Part shown: positions 1 through 10,916 of the stretch, in pieces
Layout: each line of letters opens with the position of its first letter
How positions within the stretch are numbered: the first letter of the stretch is position 1
Assembly (NCBI GenBank): GCA_002009975.1
Contig: MTLP01000042.1
Location: forward strand, 192,001 to 256,000
Length of the DNA stretch: 64,000 bases
Reading direction: 5' to 3'
From: Thermococcus sp. JdFR-02
GTDB lineage: Archaea > Methanobacteriota_B > Thermococci > Thermococcales > Thermococcaceae
Made by a program: the position numbers and the translations under genes
Notes under the pieces: generated by a model
The model's database searches: none
The model's input: the letters and a program-made list of their open reading frames with translations, nothing else
What the model was told of the DNA's origin: nothing

Positions 1-1
1 G

Positions 2-592
2 CTTTCAGAAGAAGCTGAAGCTATTGGAAGTGTAAACACAGTTATTAACAGAAAGGGAAAGCTAATAGGATACAACACCGATGGAATTGGAGCTTTAAGA
101 GCTTTGGAAAGATTCACAAATGTTAAAGATAAAAGGGTTTTGATTTTAGGTGCTGGAGGCGCTGGAAAGGCAATAGCTTATACTCTTTCAAAATTAGCAG
201 AAGTTGTGGTTTTAAACAGAACAGAGAGGAAAGCAAAAGCTTTGGAGAGATTTGGAGTTAAAGGAGAGAAGCTTAACAAAGAAAATCTATCTCGTTATCT
301 GACTTGGGCAGAGATCGTTATAAACGCAACATCCGTTGGAATGAATGAAGATAAAAGTGTTGTCCCAGAGGAATTCCTGAGAAAAGGGCTTGTGGTTTTT
401 GATATTGTGTATTCGCCATTAGAAACCAAGCTTTTGAGAGAGGCTAAACAAAGAGAGTGCTTAACAATTGACGGTTTGTGGATGCTTGTCTATCAAGGAG
501 CTGAGAGCTTTAGGCTCTGGACTGGAATAAAAGCAAATATAGAGTTTATGAGAAAGAAAGCTTTGGAGGCTTTAGAAGGTGGAAGCATTTAG
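2..592 (+). CDS. aroE: Shikimate dehydrogenase (5' end outside the window)
   Basis: Frame is open from base 2 ([14 protein letters not shown]...GYNTDG). Contains GAGGAG, NATSVGM, DIVYSP and [10 protein letters not shown] motifs. Confidence 0.95.
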   Translation, partial: LSEEAEAIGSVNTVINRKGKLIGYNTDGIGALRALERFTNVKDKRVLILGAGGAGKAIAYTLSKLAEVVVLNRTERKAKALERFGVKGEKLNKENLSRYLTWAEIVINATSVGMNEDKSVVPEEFLRKGLVVFDIVYSPLETKLLREAKQRECLTIDGLWMLVYQGAESFRLWTGIKANIEFMRKKALEALEGGSI

Positions 593-1385
593 TGCAGTGA
601 CTGTAATTAATGCTTTTGCGACTGGAAAAGGAGGAGCTATAGGTATCGACCTAAAGGTCAAAGCTAAAGTCAAACTAAAAGAAGGTATTGGCGGTGAGAT
701 CTTTGTTAGAGGGGAGAAGTTCATGGATTTTTCTTTAGTAAAGGCTGTTAGAGATGTTATAGCCGAGAAGTTTAACATTGATTTTGGGATTAAAGTCAAA
801 ATAGACTCTGAAATTCCAATTGGAAAGGGGCTAAAAAGCAGTTCCGCTGTGACTAACGCTTTGATCAAAGCTGTTTTGAAGGAACTCAAAATTGAACTAC
901 CAGATATTGAGGCTATTAAGCTCGGTGTTGAAGCGTCAAAAAGAGCAGGAGTGACTTTAACTGGAGCTTTTGATGATGCATGTGCTTCCTACTTTGGAGG
1001 TTTGTGCTTAACAGATAACTTAAATCTTGAGATTTTAAAGAGGGAGAAAGTCGAAAAGTTGCCTGTTGTAATATTAATTCCCAAAAGAACGGTATTAACA
1101 GCAAGTTTGAAAGATAAGAACTTCAAAATTTTAGCCCCTTATATCGAGGAAGCTTTTAATTTAGCTATGAAAGGGGAGTGGGAAAAAGCCACTTTTTTTA
1201 ACGGATTGGTGTACTCTTCCTTCTTGGGCTATGACCTTAAGCCTTTCTTTAAAGCCTTAGAGCTTAACGCAATCGTAGGTTTATCAGGAAAGGGTCCAGC
1301 AATGTTTGCAATATCCGAAGAACCTGAAAAAGTAGCGGAAGTCTGGAGAGAGCATGGGGAGATTGTAATAACAACGTTGAGGTGA
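579..1385 (+). CDS. aroK: Archaeal shikimate kinase (GHMP family)
   Basis: [30 protein letters not shown] and LSGKGP motifs; aro operon context. Confidence 0.95.
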   Translation: MEAFSAVTVINAFATGKGGAIGIDLKVKAKVKLKEGIGGEIFVRGEKFMDFSLVKAVRDVIAEKFNIDFGIKVKIDSEIPIGKGLKSSSAVTNALIKAVLKELKIELPDIEAIKLGVEASKRAGVTLTGAFDDACASYFGGLCLTDNLNLEILKREKVEKLPVVILIPKRTVLTASLKDKNFKILAPYIEEAFNLAMKGEWEKATFFNGLVYSSFLGYDLKPFFKALELNAIVGLSGKGPAMFAISEEPEKVAEVWREHGEIVITTLR

Positions 1386-1389
1386 GCAA

Positions 1390-2607
1390 ATGATAGAAAT
1401 TTTACCAATAAAAGAACTCTCAGGAAAAGTTGAAGCTCCTCCATCAAAGAGCTACACCCACAGAGCTTTGTTCTTAGCTTTGCTCTCTGAAGGGAAAACT
1501 AAGATAGAAAATCCCTTAGTTTGTACTGACACTATAGCAACGCTAAATGCTGTAAAGGATTTTGGGGCAAAGGGGAACTGGGAATTTGTGGAAAGTGATG
1601 GAAAAATTAGGCCCGCTTTAATTGATGCCATTGAATCGGGAACAACTGCAAGGATTTCCATCGCAATCAGTGCTTTAGCCAATGGAGAAAGCATAATCGA
1701 CGGGAGAGGGTCATTAAGGAGGAGACCTATGAAACCTTTGCTAAGAGCATTGGGAGATTTAGGAATAAGAACAGAATCGAGAGGAACTTTGCCTGTTAAA
1801 GTATTTGGTGGAAAAATAAAAAAGAATTATGTTAAAATTAAAGGCAGCATTTCGTCACAATTTATAACGGCTTTGCTTTTATTGGGAGCAAAAGTTGGAT
1901 TAACCATAGAAGTTTTAGACGAAATAGTCTCAAAACCTTACCTAAACATGACTTTGAAAGCTTTAAAATGGGCTAATGTTAAAGTTGAAAGGGAGAGTAG
2001 TGTTTTTCATGTTTATGAAGGCATAAAAAGCAAATCCTTCTCAATTCCCGGAGATTATTCATCAGCATCTTTCTTTTTAGCAGCAGGTGCCATATTTGGG
2101 AAAGTTAGGGTTGAGAATCTTGATAGAGATGATGTCCAGGCAGATAAAGCTATAGTCGAGCTTTTGAGGGAATTTGGAGCTAATGTTAAAGTTAGGAAGA
2201 ATTATGTTGAAGTTGAAAAAAATGAGTTAGTTGGGCAAGAAATTGATTGTAAAGATTTTCCGGACCTTTTCCCAATTTTAACTGTTTTAGGTACTTACTC
2301 TAAGGGGAAGACAGTTTTAAAGGCAAAGCATTTACGCTATAAGGAGAGTGATAGAATAAGGAACATGGCATTAAATTTGGCAAAGATGGGAGCTAAAGTT
2401 AAAGAACTTAATAATGGACTTTTAATTGAAGGAGGAAAGCTTAAAGATGCTATTTTAGATCCCCAAGGAGATCACAGAGTAGCCATGGCATTGACAATTG
2501 CCGCACTTGGTGCTAAAGGTAAGAGCACAATTCTAAATGAAAGATGCGTTGAAAAATCATATCCCTCCTTTTTTGATGACTTAAAGAGTTTGGGGGCTTT
2601 AAAATGA
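1390..2607 (+). CDS. aroA: EPSP synthase
   Basis: PPSKSYTHR, ESGTTAR, SSQFITALL, KESDRI and DHRVAM motifs. Confidence 0.97.
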   Translation: MIEILPIKELSGKVEAPPSKSYTHRALFLALLSEGKTKIENPLVCTDTIATLNAVKDFGAKGNWEFVESDGKIRPALIDAIESGTTARISIAISALANGESIIDGRGSLRRRPMKPLLRALGDLGIRTESRGTLPVKVFGGKIKKNYVKIKGSISSQFITALLLLGAKVGLTIEVLDEIVSKPYLNMTLKALKWANVKVERESSVFHVYEGIKSKSFSIPGDYSSASFFLAAGAIFGKVRVENLDRDDVQADKAIVELLREFGANVKVRKNYVEVEKNELVGQEIDCKDFPDLFPILTVLGTYSKGKTVLKAKHLRYKESDRIRNMALNLAKMGAKVKELNNGLLIEGGKLKDAILDPQGDHRVAMALTIAALGAKGKSTILNERCVEKSYPSFFDDLKSLGALK

Positions 2608-3686
2608 TTGGAAGAATGCTCAGATTTTCAATCTTTGGAGAAAGTCATGGAAAATGTGTCGGTGTCATTATAGAGGGCTGTCCTCCAGGAATTAAAATCG
2701 ATGTGAAAAAGATAAAAGCCGAGCTTGAGAGGAGAAAAGGTATTGAGAGGCTCTCAACTCAAAGGAGAGAAAAAGATGAACCAATAATTCTCTCTGGAGT
2801 TTTCAATAGTTTTACAACAGGAGCGCCAATAGTTGTGACAGTGGAGAATAAAGATGTTGATTCAAGTTATTATGAGAAGATTAAAGACACTCCAAGACCA
2901 GGACATAGCGATTATACAGCCAAGATCAAGTATTTTGGGTTTAACGATTACCGAGGTGGTGGATTTTTCTCGGGAAGGCTAACTGCGGGAATAGTAATAG
3001 CCGGCTATTTTGCAAAGGAAATTTTAGCAAAAGCTGGAGTAGAAGTAAAAGCTTATATAAAATCAATTGGAAAAGTTAAAGCGAGAAATCTAAGTGTTGA
3101 GGAAATTTTCAACTCAAAAAACAGCTTTTGCCCGGATGAAGAGAATTTTCAAAAGATGATTAAAGAAATTGAAAAAGCAAAGAAAAATGGCGATAGTGTG
3201 GGGGGAATAATTGAAGTTATAGCTTCAAGCGTTCCCCCTGGTTTGGGTGGACCCTTTGATGAAGACTTAGAGGGAGATTTAGCTAAAGCCTTCTTTGCAA
3301 TTCCAGCTGTAAAAGGGGTAGAATTTGGTTTAGGATTTAAGATAGCTGAGCTTAGGGGAAGTGAAGCCAATGACAGCTTTATTATCGAAGATGGAGAGGT
3401 AAAAACAAAAACTAATAACGCTGGTGGGATCTTAGGTGGGATAAGCAATGGAATGCCCATCGTTGCAAGGATAGCTTTTAAGCCAACTCCCTCAATCTAC
3501 AAGCCACAAAAAACGGTTGATCTAGAGAAGATGGAAGAAAGGGAGATTAAGCTTGAAGGAAGATTTGATCCGTGTATAGTACCTAAAGCTTTACCTGTTG
3601 TCGAAGCCATGATGGCTTTGGTTTTGGCAGATCATCTATTGAGGTGGTTAAGTTGGAAAGGCTTTATGAACTTAGGGGAAGAATAG
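2604..3686 (+). CDS. aroC: Chorismate synthase
   Basis: FGESHG, PRPGHSD, RGGGFFSGR, GGILGGISNG and FKPTPSI motifs. Confidence 0.97.
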   Translation: MIGRMLRFSIFGESHGKCVGVIIEGCPPGIKIDVKKIKAELERRKGIERLSTQRREKDEPIILSGVFNSFTTGAPIVVTVENKDVDSSYYEKIKDTPRPGHSDYTAKIKYFGFNDYRGGGFFSGRLTAGIVIAGYFAKEILAKAGVEVKAYIKSIGKVKARNLSVEEIFNSKNSFCPDEENFQKMIKEIEKAKKNGDSVGGIIEVIASSVPPGLGGPFDEDLEGDLAKAFFAIPAVKGVEFGLGFKIAELRGSEANDSFIIEDGEVKTKTNNAGGILGGISNGMPIVARIAFKPTPSIYKPQKTVDLEKMEEREIKLEGRFDPCIVPKALPVVEAMMALVLADHLLRWLSWKGFMNLGEE

Positions 3687-3880
3687 ATGAAATTGACAAA
3701 CAAATCATTGAGCTTTTAGAGGAAAGGATTAGAGTTGCTAAGGAAATTGGAAAAATAAAGAAGGAATTAAACCTGCCAATAAAGGATGAAGAGAGGGAAA
3801 GGGAAGTGCTAAAGAGAGCTGAGAGATTTGGAGAAATCTTTGAGAAAATAGTGGAGGTTTGTAGAGATGAGCAACTTTAA
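3644..3880 (+). CDS. Chorismate mutase (AroQ type, stand-alone)
   Basis: LRGRIDEIDKQIIELLEER...IGKIK...PIKDEERE pattern; follows aroC. Confidence 0.9.
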   Translation: MVKLERLYELRGRIDEIDKQIIELLEERIRVAKEIGKIKKELNLPIKDEEREREVLKRAERFGEIFEKIVEVCRDEQL

Positions 3881-4913
3881 TGTCTATGAGTTCTTCAACA
3901 AAATTTTCTCTATGAATGTTAAAATAAGGTTAGATGCGGGACAGCCAGATATTAAAGTAGATAGAAGGATAATAGAAGAAACCATAAGATCTTTGGAAAA
4001 TGGAGAGACAGGTTATACAAAAACCCTTGGAATAGATGAGCTTAGAGAAAAGATAGCCGAAAGTGAGGGCGTTGAAAAGGATAACATAATCATAGGAAAC
4101 GGCTCAAAGATTTTGATCGCTTCACAAGTCCTTAGAGCTAAAAGAATTGGAGTTATTTCCCCTCATTGGCAGGCTTACGAATCAATGGCAAGAGAGTTTG
4201 GAAGAAAGATTAGAATTTTCAAAACTTCTCTTGAAAAAGGCTGGGAGCCGAGGATAGATAGTTTGGAAGTTGATCTCTTGATATTAAATTATCCAAACAA
4301 TCCCACAGGGAAAATTCCTCCAAAAGATAAACTCAGAGAAATTCTCGAAAGAGCTGAAGAGAAGAAAGTTAAAGTTCTTTCCGATGAAAGTTACTCGGAC
4401 ATAACTTTTAAGCCTTTCACTCCACCTAGAGAACTTTATGAGAATGTTATAACCGTTAAAGGTTTCTCAAAACTATTTTCAATGACTGGATTTAGGCTAG
4501 GATATGCAATAGCTCCAAAAGAAGATGTTAAAAGTATGCAAAAATTTTTGGAGATAACGACTACTTCTGTGCCAATTTTCGTCCAAAGAGCTGGAATTAA
4601 AGCAATTGAGCTTAAAGAAGAGATTAAAACGAAGGTTGTGAAAATTTATAGAGAAAGAGCTGATTTAGCTGTTAGGACTTTGGATAAAAGGCTCTTTGAA
4701 TTTGAAAAACCAGATGGTGCATTTTATTTATTTGTAAGAACTAACGTAGATGGCTTGGAATTTGCAGAAAAGCTCTTAGAAAAAGGAGTTTCTGTTTTTC
4801 CAGGGGTAGCTTTTGGTGATTATAGGAAATTCATAAGGATTTCCTTAGTTAGTTCAAAGCTCGAAGAAGGTTTAAAGAGAATAAATGAGCTTGGAGATGA
4901 GCTTAATGGATAG
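3867..4913 (+). CDS. PLP-dependent class I/II aminotransferase (probably aromatic)
   Basis: NYPNNPTG, SDESY and KGFSKLFSMTGFRLG motifs; lies between chorismate mutase and tyrA. Confidence 0.9.
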   Translation: MSNFNVYEFFNKIFSMNVKIRLDAGQPDIKVDRRIIEETIRSLENGETGYTKTLGIDELREKIAESEGVEKDNIIIGNGSKILIASQVLRAKRIGVISPHWQAYESMAREFGRKIRIFKTSLEKGWEPRIDSLEVDLLILNYPNNPTGKIPPKDKLREILERAEEKKVKVLSDESYSDITFKPFTPPRELYENVITVKGFSKLFSMTGFRLGYAIAPKEDVKSMQKFLEITTTSVPIFVQRAGIKAIELKEEIKTKVVKIYRERADLAVRTLDKRLFEFEKPDGAFYLFVRTNVDGLEFAEKLLEKGVSVFPGVAFGDYRKFIRISLVSSKLEEGLKRINELGDELNG

Positions 4914-5691
4914 GATTGCAATAATTGGATACGGAAAAATGGGGGAGTTCTTTGCTAATGAGTTTAGCAAAAGGTTCGAGGTTGGAATATACTCGAGGCA
5001 TTTAAAAGAGAGCGAATTTGAACTTTTCAATTCAATTGAAGAGCTTTTTGAGGGGAGCAAATATATAATGGTGGCAACTTCCCTTCAAGAAACTCCGAAA
5101 GTTTTAGAAAAGCTTGCAGAGCTTTCAAAAAACAATGAAGGAAAAGTTATTTTCGACATTTCAACCTTTAAAGGAAAGATAATTGAGATTTATAAGAAAT
5201 TTCCGAAGGAAGTTAAGGTTTGCAGCATTCATCCAATGTTTGGAAGTGGTGCAAAGAGCTTAAAGGGTAGGAAAATTATTGTAATCTCAATTGAAGGTAG
5301 AGAAAACGATGCTAAAGACGTCGTGGAGCTTTTTAAGAGCTTTGAAGCTGAGATCTTTATTAGTGACGCAGAGACTCATGACGAAATGATGAAAATCGTA
5401 ATTGGAATTCCCTATTTTATGGGATTATCCTTCTTGAGCTATATCTCAAAATTTAAAAACATTGAAAAATTTGGAGGAACTTCCTTTGAGTATCTGAGTA
5501 TCTATAGTAAGGCAATCTTGAATGACTCATCAGAGTTCATTAAAGAGGTTTTAAAATTCTCAGAAAATAGAATTGAGGAGTTCTTAGGATTTGCTAAAGG
5601 TGATGTCAACATTGAAGAGCTTAAAGAGAGATATAAAGATGAGATTAAAGAAAGCTATAGGACATTCTATAAAGTGTTAAATGAAGATTGA
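4906..5691 (+). CDS. tyrA: Prephenate dehydrogenase
   Basis: IIGYGKMG, DISTFK, HPMFG and HDEMM motifs. Confidence 0.9.
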   Translation: MDRIAIIGYGKMGEFFANEFSKRFEVGIYSRHLKESEFELFNSIEELFEGSKYIMVATSLQETPKVLEKLAELSKNNEGKVIFDISTFKGKIIEIYKKFPKEVKVCSIHPMFGSGAKSLKGRKIIVISIEGRENDAKDVVELFKSFEAEIFISDAETHDEMMKIVIGIPYFMGLSFLSYISKFKNIEKFGGTSFEYLSIYSKAILNDSSEFIKEVLKFSENRIEEFLGFAKGDVNIEELKERYKDEIKESYRTFYKVLNED

Positions 5692-5731
5692 TTGCAAAAC
5701 TCTTTTATTTGCATTTTTTAATGATAAGGTC

Positions 5732-6322
5732 ATGAGAAAAATTGCCTTTATAGACATCGAAGGAACATTAACACCTTTCGAGTGCTGGAAGGAGATAGCC
5801 ACGTTAGTTGGGAATGAGGAAATTGAAGAGCTTCTCAAAAAAGGAATAAAGGGTGAAGTTGACTGGCTTAAGAGCTTGTTAAGGAGGATTGAACTTATCA
5901 AAGGACTTGAAGAAAACGAGTTTCTTAAGCTTAGAGAAAAGCTCACAATAAGCGAAGAAGCTAAAAAAGTTATAAAAGCTCTCAAAGAGAAAGGCTTCTA
6001 CATTGTTCTGGTAAGTGGCTGTTTTGAGGAAGTTTTAAGGGAGTTTAAGCATTTTGGAGACCTGTTTATTACAAACAAAGCTATTTTTGAAAATGGAAAG
6101 TTCGTGGGCATCTCATTAAGATTTAGAGATAAAGGTGAGATTATAGAGAGAATAGCAAGGGATGGAGACTTTGTATTAGCTATAGGCGACGGAAATAACG
6201 ATGCTCCTATGTTTGAGAAAGCTAATCTAAGCATAGCAGTTGGTAGAAAAGTTCAAAGTGCTGATTACTATGCTAAAGACCTGAAAGAGCTTTTAGAAAT
6301 AATTAAAAAGCTGAGAGTTTAA
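5732..6322 (+). CDS. serB: HAD phosphatase, phosphoserine phosphatase-like
   Basis: DIEGT, VSG, K and GDGNND HAD motifs plus the SLLRR cap; start moved to ATG 5732. Confidence 0.75.
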   Translation: MRKIAFIDIEGTLTPFECWKEIATLVGNEEIEELLKKGIKGEVDWLKSLLRRIELIKGLEENEFLKLREKLTISEEAKKVIKALKEKGFYIVLVSGCFEEVLREFKHFGDLFITNKAIFENGKFVGISLRFRDKGEIIERIARDGDFVLAIGDGNNDAPMFEKANLSIAVGRKVQSADYYAKDLKELLEIIKKLRV

Positions 6323-6350
6323 GTATCAAATGGCACAAAAAGTTATATAT
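6322..6350 (+). promoter_or_regulatory. Promoter of the ACT regulator: 16-bp operator-like motif next to the TATA box
   Basis: AGTATCAAATGGCACA (6322-6337; reverse complement TGTGCCATTTGATACT), then TTATATAT (6343-6350). Confidence 0.55.
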
Positions 6351-6377
6351 TATAAGATAGTATTCTTTTTAGGTGAG

Positions 6378-7052
6378 ATGATGGCGGAAGAAAAAATTAG
6401 TGTTGCAAAGGCCGTAAAAGACATCGTTCTCTCCCGTCCAGCAATTAAGGAGTGCTTAATTTTAGATGTTATAAACTACAGCGCTTTAGCAAGGGTTATC
6501 TTAAAAGAATTAGAGAAGAAAAACATCAAAACCTCAACTGGAGCAGTAAAGATGGCTTTGATAAGAATTGGAGAAGAGCTAAAGAAAGAGAGAGCGTTCT
6601 TTGAAAGGAGAATTAAGAGTGTAGTTGCAAAAACAGTTATTGAGCTTCAATCTGATTTAACTGTAATAACAGCTGAAAAAAGAGCTGTTTTAAACAAAAT
6701 TGGACAGCTCTCTAAGGTAATGGAAAATGCAAGATTTTTCCAGCTCACTCAAGGCGTTGAAACATTCACACTCGTTCTCTCAAGTGAGGAAAAGGAAGAG
6801 GTTGTTAAGATATTGGGAAACAACATAGTCGATTTGATTGAAGAACAAACAGCTATAATTTTGATAAGTCCAGAAGAAATAATCGAAACTCCCGGATTCG
6901 TCGCATTTATTGCCTCAGCCCTTTCATCAAGTGGAATAAACATAACACAGGTAATCTCGTGTCATAAAGACACAATATTTGTTCTTGACCGTAGAGATGC
7001 TCCAAAGGCTTATCAAATACTTGAAGAGCTTATCTTGAAGATGAGGAGATAA
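6378..7052 (+). CDS. ACT-domain protein, putative amino-acid-responsive transcription regulator
   Basis: Helical N-terminus (INYSALAR...GAVKMALIR) and C-terminal ACT (TPGFVAFIASALSSSGINITQVISC). SD GGTGA at 6372 supports a start at 6378 or 6381. Confidence 0.75.
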   Translation: MMAEEKISVAKAVKDIVLSRPAIKECLILDVINYSALARVILKELEKKNIKTSTGAVKMALIRIGEELKKERAFFERRIKSVVAKTVIELQSDLTVITAEKRAVLNKIGQLSKVMENARFFQLTQGVETFTLVLSSEEKEEVVKILGNNIVDLIEEQTAIILISPEEIIETPGFVAFIASALSSSGINITQVISCHKDTIFVLDRRDAPKAYQILEELILKMRR

Positions 7053-7058
7053 TTTTTT

Positions 7059-7116
7059 TGTTACATTTGCAACATTTTTTATTAATTTTGACACATTAAT
7101 TACAAAAAATATAAAA
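7059..7116 (+). promoter_or_regulatory. argG promoter with tandem operator-like motifs
   Basis: TGTTACATTTGCAACA (7059-7074) and TATTAATTTTGACACA (7080-7095), 21 bp apart, upstream of TATA-like AATATAAA (~7108-7115). Confidence 0.6.
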
Positions 7117-7150
7117 GATGTTCTTTTTATTCCAGCTTAGGTGATTTTAC

Positions 7151-8383
7151 GTGAAGATAGTTTTAGCATATTCAGGTGGTTTGGACACATCCGTCATCTT
7201 AAAGATGATGCAGGAAAAGCTGAACGCTGAAGTAGTTACAGTTACTATAGATGTAGGGCAGAAGGACGATTTTGAAAAGATTGAAGAGAAAGCACTCAAA
7301 CTTGGTGCGGTGAAACACTACACAATAGATGCAAAGGAGGAATTTGTCGAGAAATACATATTCAAAGCAATAAAGGCAAATGCACTTTATGAAGGATCTT
7401 ATCCATTAGCTACAGCATTAGCTAGGCCTTTAATAGCTGAGAAACTTGTTGAGATAGCTAAAAAGGAGAATGCCGATGCAGTAGCTCATGGCTGCACTGG
7501 AAAAGGAAATGATCAAGTTAGGTTTGATTTAGCAGTTAAAGCTCTCTACCCAGAGATTAAGATAATTGCTCCAGTTAGGGAGCTTAACCTTACAAGGGAT
7601 TGGGAAATGGAATACGCAAAGAAAAAAGGAATACCAGTTAAGGATAAGATTTACAGCATTGATGAAAACCTTTGGGGACGCTCAATAGAAGGAGGAATCT
7701 TGGAAGATCCTTTTGAAGAACCTCCAGAGGAAATTTTTGAGTGGACTCTTTCTCCAGAAAAGACTCCAGAAAAGCCAGAATATGTTACGATAGACTTCGT
7801 AGATGGAATTCCCATAGCGTTAGATGGAAAGAAAATGAATCCCGTTGAGCTTATAGAAACTCTAAACTTCATAGCAGGGAAGCATGGGGTTGGTAGGATA
7901 GATCACATTGAAGATAGGACAGTTGGGATAAAGAGCAGAGAAGTTTATGAAGCTCCAGCGGCAATAACCTTAATAAAAGCACATAAAGACTTAGAAAAGC
8001 TAATTCTTACAAAATGGGTTCTCGAGTTTAAAGAAATCGTTGATTCAAAATGGGCATGGCTCACTTACAACGGTCTTTGGTTTGAGCCGCTTAGGGAAGC
8101 CTTAGATGCCTTCATAGATGAAGTTGAAGCAAATGTTAGTGGATCTGTTAAAGTAAAGCTCTACAAAGGAAATGTTACTGTAGTTGGAAGGTCGTCTGAG
8201 AATGCACTTTACGATACAAAGCTTGCAACCTATGAAAAGTTCAGCACTTTTGACCAAAAGCTAGCAGTTGGCTTTATTGAACTCTTTGGATTGCAGAGCG
8301 TTTTGGCTTATAGCACAAAAAACAAGCTAAAAGCTCTATATAATGCTCCAACACCCGTAAGGGCAAAGAAGGTCGTTAGTTAG
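7151..8383 (+). CDS. argG: Argininosuccinate synthase
   Basis: [33 protein letters not shown] and KSREVYEAP motifs. Confidence 0.98.
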   Translation: MKIVLAYSGGLDTSVILKMMQEKLNAEVVTVTIDVGQKDDFEKIEEKALKLGAVKHYTIDAKEEFVEKYIFKAIKANALYEGSYPLATALARPLIAEKLVEIAKKENADAVAHGCTGKGNDQVRFDLAVKALYPEIKIIAPVRELNLTRDWEMEYAKKKGIPVKDKIYSIDENLWGRSIEGGILEDPFEEPPEEIFEWTLSPEKTPEKPEYVTIDFVDGIPIALDGKKMNPVELIETLNFIAGKHGVGRIDHIEDRTVGIKSREVYEAPAAITLIKAHKDLEKLILTKWVLEFKEIVDSKWAWLTYNGLWFEPLREALDAFIDEVEANVSGSVKVKLYKGNVTVVGRSSENALYDTKLATYEKFSTFDQKLAVGFIELFGLQSVLAYSTKNKLKALYNAPTPVRAKKVVS

Positions 8384-8391
8384 GTGATGCT

Positions 8392-9753
8392 ATGTATAGG
8401 AAAAACCTGTTGGGTGATGCTGACCTTAATATCTTAACTTACACTTCCTCGATGGAAGAGGATAAAGAAATAGTTAGTGAGGTTATCGAAAGCTTAATTG
8501 CTCATGTGAAGGTTTTGACCACTCAAGGACTGATTCCAGCAGAAAAAGGACATAAAATACTAGAAGAGCTTAGAAAACTCCTTCAAAACCCATCACCATT
8601 ATTTTTCATTAATGCCGAAGATGTGCATGAAGCGATTGAGATTTATTTGAAGGAAAAGCTTGGAAAAGATGAAGGATATTTAGCCTTAGGAAAAAGCAGG
8701 AATGACCATGTTTCAGCGGCTTTGAGGCTAAAAGCAAAGAAGCTTCTAATTGAACAACTAAAAGAGTTGATAAACCTAAGGGAAATCCTTTTGGAAAAAG
8801 CAGAAGAGCATATATGCACAATAATGCCAGCTTTTACCCATTTACAGCCAGCACAACCTTCGACTTTTGCCCACTATCTTTGCTATATAGAAGAGGTCTT
8901 AGCTGATTATACAAAATCCTTGTTCTTTGCCCTCGAGATAGTTGATAACTCTCCTTTAGGAGGAGGCGCAGTTGGTGGAACGAGCGTTCCCTTAGATAGG
9001 GAAGCGCTGGCTAATGAGCTTTTTAGCAGAATAGTGCTCAATTCAATAAAGGCAACAAGTAGCAGGGATTTTCTGAGTATAGCATCATCAATGGACGTTA
9101 ATTTATCTGTATTTTTATCACGGATAGCTGAGGATATTGTCATTTTCTCAACACCTCAGTTTGACTATTTGGTTTTACCTAAAGAGCACTTGGCAACGAG
9201 TAGCATGATGCCCCAAAAGAAGAACCCAGTAACTATGGAGATAGCGAGAGCTTGGGGCTCTGAAAGCGTTGGGCATCTAACGGCTTTGTTAGGAATCCTG
9301 AAAGCTCTTCCAACTGGCTACAATTTAGATATGCAAGAAGCAAACAAGCATGCATTAGTAATCCTAAAGAAAACTCTAGAAACGCTAAAAATCTTTTCAG
9401 ACTTCTTCAAAAAGATTGAAGTCAATAAGAAAAAGTTATTGATGGATGCAAAGATTTTTCCAATTTTAGCAACTGATATAGCTGAAAAGGTCTCTCTAAA
9501 GAGCGGAAAGCCCTATAGAGAAGTTTATGGGGAGATTGCAAAGCTAATAAAAGATTCTAAGAGTGTCGAAGAACTCTATACCAAAGTTGAAGAATTTTAT
9601 GGAATCAAAGCAAACTTAGAAGAAGGAATTAAAAAGCCTGTTTTAGGTTCTCCAAATCCAGATAAGATTAAGGAATACATTAAGCTGGCAAAAAAGAGCC
9701 TCAAAGAAGATTCTTCTAAGCTAAATGGGGTGATCCCATGCAACCTTCTTTAA
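8392..9753 (+). CDS. argH: Argininosuccinate lyase
   Basis: EDVH, SRND, FTHLQPAQP and SSMMPQKKNP motifs. Confidence 0.97.
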   Translation: MYRKNLLGDADLNILTYTSSMEEDKEIVSEVIESLIAHVKVLTTQGLIPAEKGHKILEELRKLLQNPSPLFFINAEDVHEAIEIYLKEKLGKDEGYLALGKSRNDHVSAALRLKAKKLLIEQLKELINLREILLEKAEEHICTIMPAFTHLQPAQPSTFAHYLCYIEEVLADYTKSLFFALEIVDNSPLGGGAVGGTSVPLDREALANELFSRIVLNSIKATSSRDFLSIASSMDVNLSVFLSRIAEDIVIFSTPQFDYLVLPKEHLATSSMMPQKKNPVTMEIARAWGSESVGHLTALLGILKALPTGYNLDMQEANKHALVILKKTLETLKIFSDFFKKIEVNKKKLLMDAKIFPILATDIAEKVSLKSGKPYREVYGEIAKLIKDSKSVEELYTKVEEFYGIKANLEEGIKKPVLGSPNPDKIKEYIKLAKKSLKEDSSKLNGVIPCNLL

Positions 9754-10916
9754 TCGCAAAATTTAAAAATCCTGAGCGCTCCAATTGGCAAGGGCACTTG
9801 TCAAGTGAAGCATACTTAGTCTTGGAAGATGGGACTGTTTTTAAGGGCAAAGGCTTTGGAAGTGAAGGAATAAAATATGGAGAGGTTGTTTTCACAACTG
9901 GGATGGTAGGTTATCCAGAGTCGTTAACTGATCCTTCTTACAAGGGACAGATTTTAACCATGACGTATCCACTAATCGGAAACTACGGCGTTCCAAGCAA
10001 AGAAATAAAAGAAAACGGTGTTCCTATTCACTATGAATCAGATAAAATACAAGTCGAAGGATTCGTAATTTCAAAGCTCATGAAAAGCAATCATTGGGCA
10101 AGTAAAAAGAGTTTAGATGAATGGTTCAAAGAAGAGGGTATTTCTGGAATAGAAGGAATTGACACAAGGGCTTTAGTGAAAAAAATAAGGGAAAAAGGAG
10201 TCATGATGGGAGCTTTGGTTGTAGGAGATTATGAGCTCGATGAAATTATGGAGAAAGTGAAAAAGCTAAGCTACGATGAGATGAATTTCATAGATAAAGT
10301 TACTCCAAAGGAGATAATTGTTCATGAACCTGAAAACTCCAATAAGAGTATTGTTGTAGTTGATTGCGGTATCAAATATGGAATTCTAAGGGAACTCTTG
10401 AAAAGGGGATTTAAGGTAATAAGAATTCCATACCATTATGATCCAATTGATGTCTTAGAAGAGTTCAATGCAGATGGGATTTTATTTAGCAACGGTCCTG
10501 GAAATCCTGCATTGCTTAAAGAGCTGATAAAAAAAGCTCAAGAAGTTATTGAGTACAACATTCCAACGATGGGCATTTGCTTAGGAAGTCAAATACTCTC
10601 TTTAGCAGATGGGGGAGAAATTTACAAGCTTAAGTATGGACATAGGGGAATTAACAAACCAGTTAAAGACTTAAAAAGTGGAAAAGCCTTTGTGACAACT
10701 CAGAATCACGGATATGCTGTGAAAGCTCAAAGTTTAAACGAGTTTAAAGTTTGGATGATCAATATAGATGACAAAAGCGTTGAGGGAATTTACCATCCAA
10801 ACAAACCAATAATTGCTACTCAATTTCACCCTGAAGCGTCTCCTGGTCCCTTAGACTCAACATGGATTTTTGATGTTTTTTCAAAAATGGTTAAAGGTGA
10901 GGCTCATGGTTTCTAA
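9738..10916 (+). CDS. carA: Carbamoyl-phosphate synthase small subunit
   Basis: [29 protein letters not shown] and QFHPE motifs. Confidence 0.97.
   Translation: MQPSLIAKFKNPERSNWQGHLSSEAYLVLEDGTVFKGKGFGSEGIKYGEVVFTTGMVGYPESLTDPSYKGQILTMTYPLIGNYGVPSKEIKENGVPIHYESDKIQVEGFVISKLMKSNHWASKKSLDEWFKEEGISGIEGIDTRALVKKIREKGVMMGALVVGDYELDEIMEKVKKLSYDEMNFIDKVTPKEIIVHEPENSNKSIVVVDCGIKYGILRELLKRGFKVIRIPYHYDPIDVLEEFNADGILFSNGPGNPALLKELIKKAQEVIEYNIPTMGICLGSQILSLADGGEIYKLKYGHRGINKPVKDLKSGKAFVTTQNHGYAVKAQSLNEFKVWMINIDDKSVEGIYHPNKPIIATQFHPEASPGPLDSTWIFDVFSKMVKGEAHGF

Noticed and set aside
7053-7150. Arg-rich leader peptide before argG
   Set aside because: There is no such ORF; the region holds only promoter and operator-like sequence.
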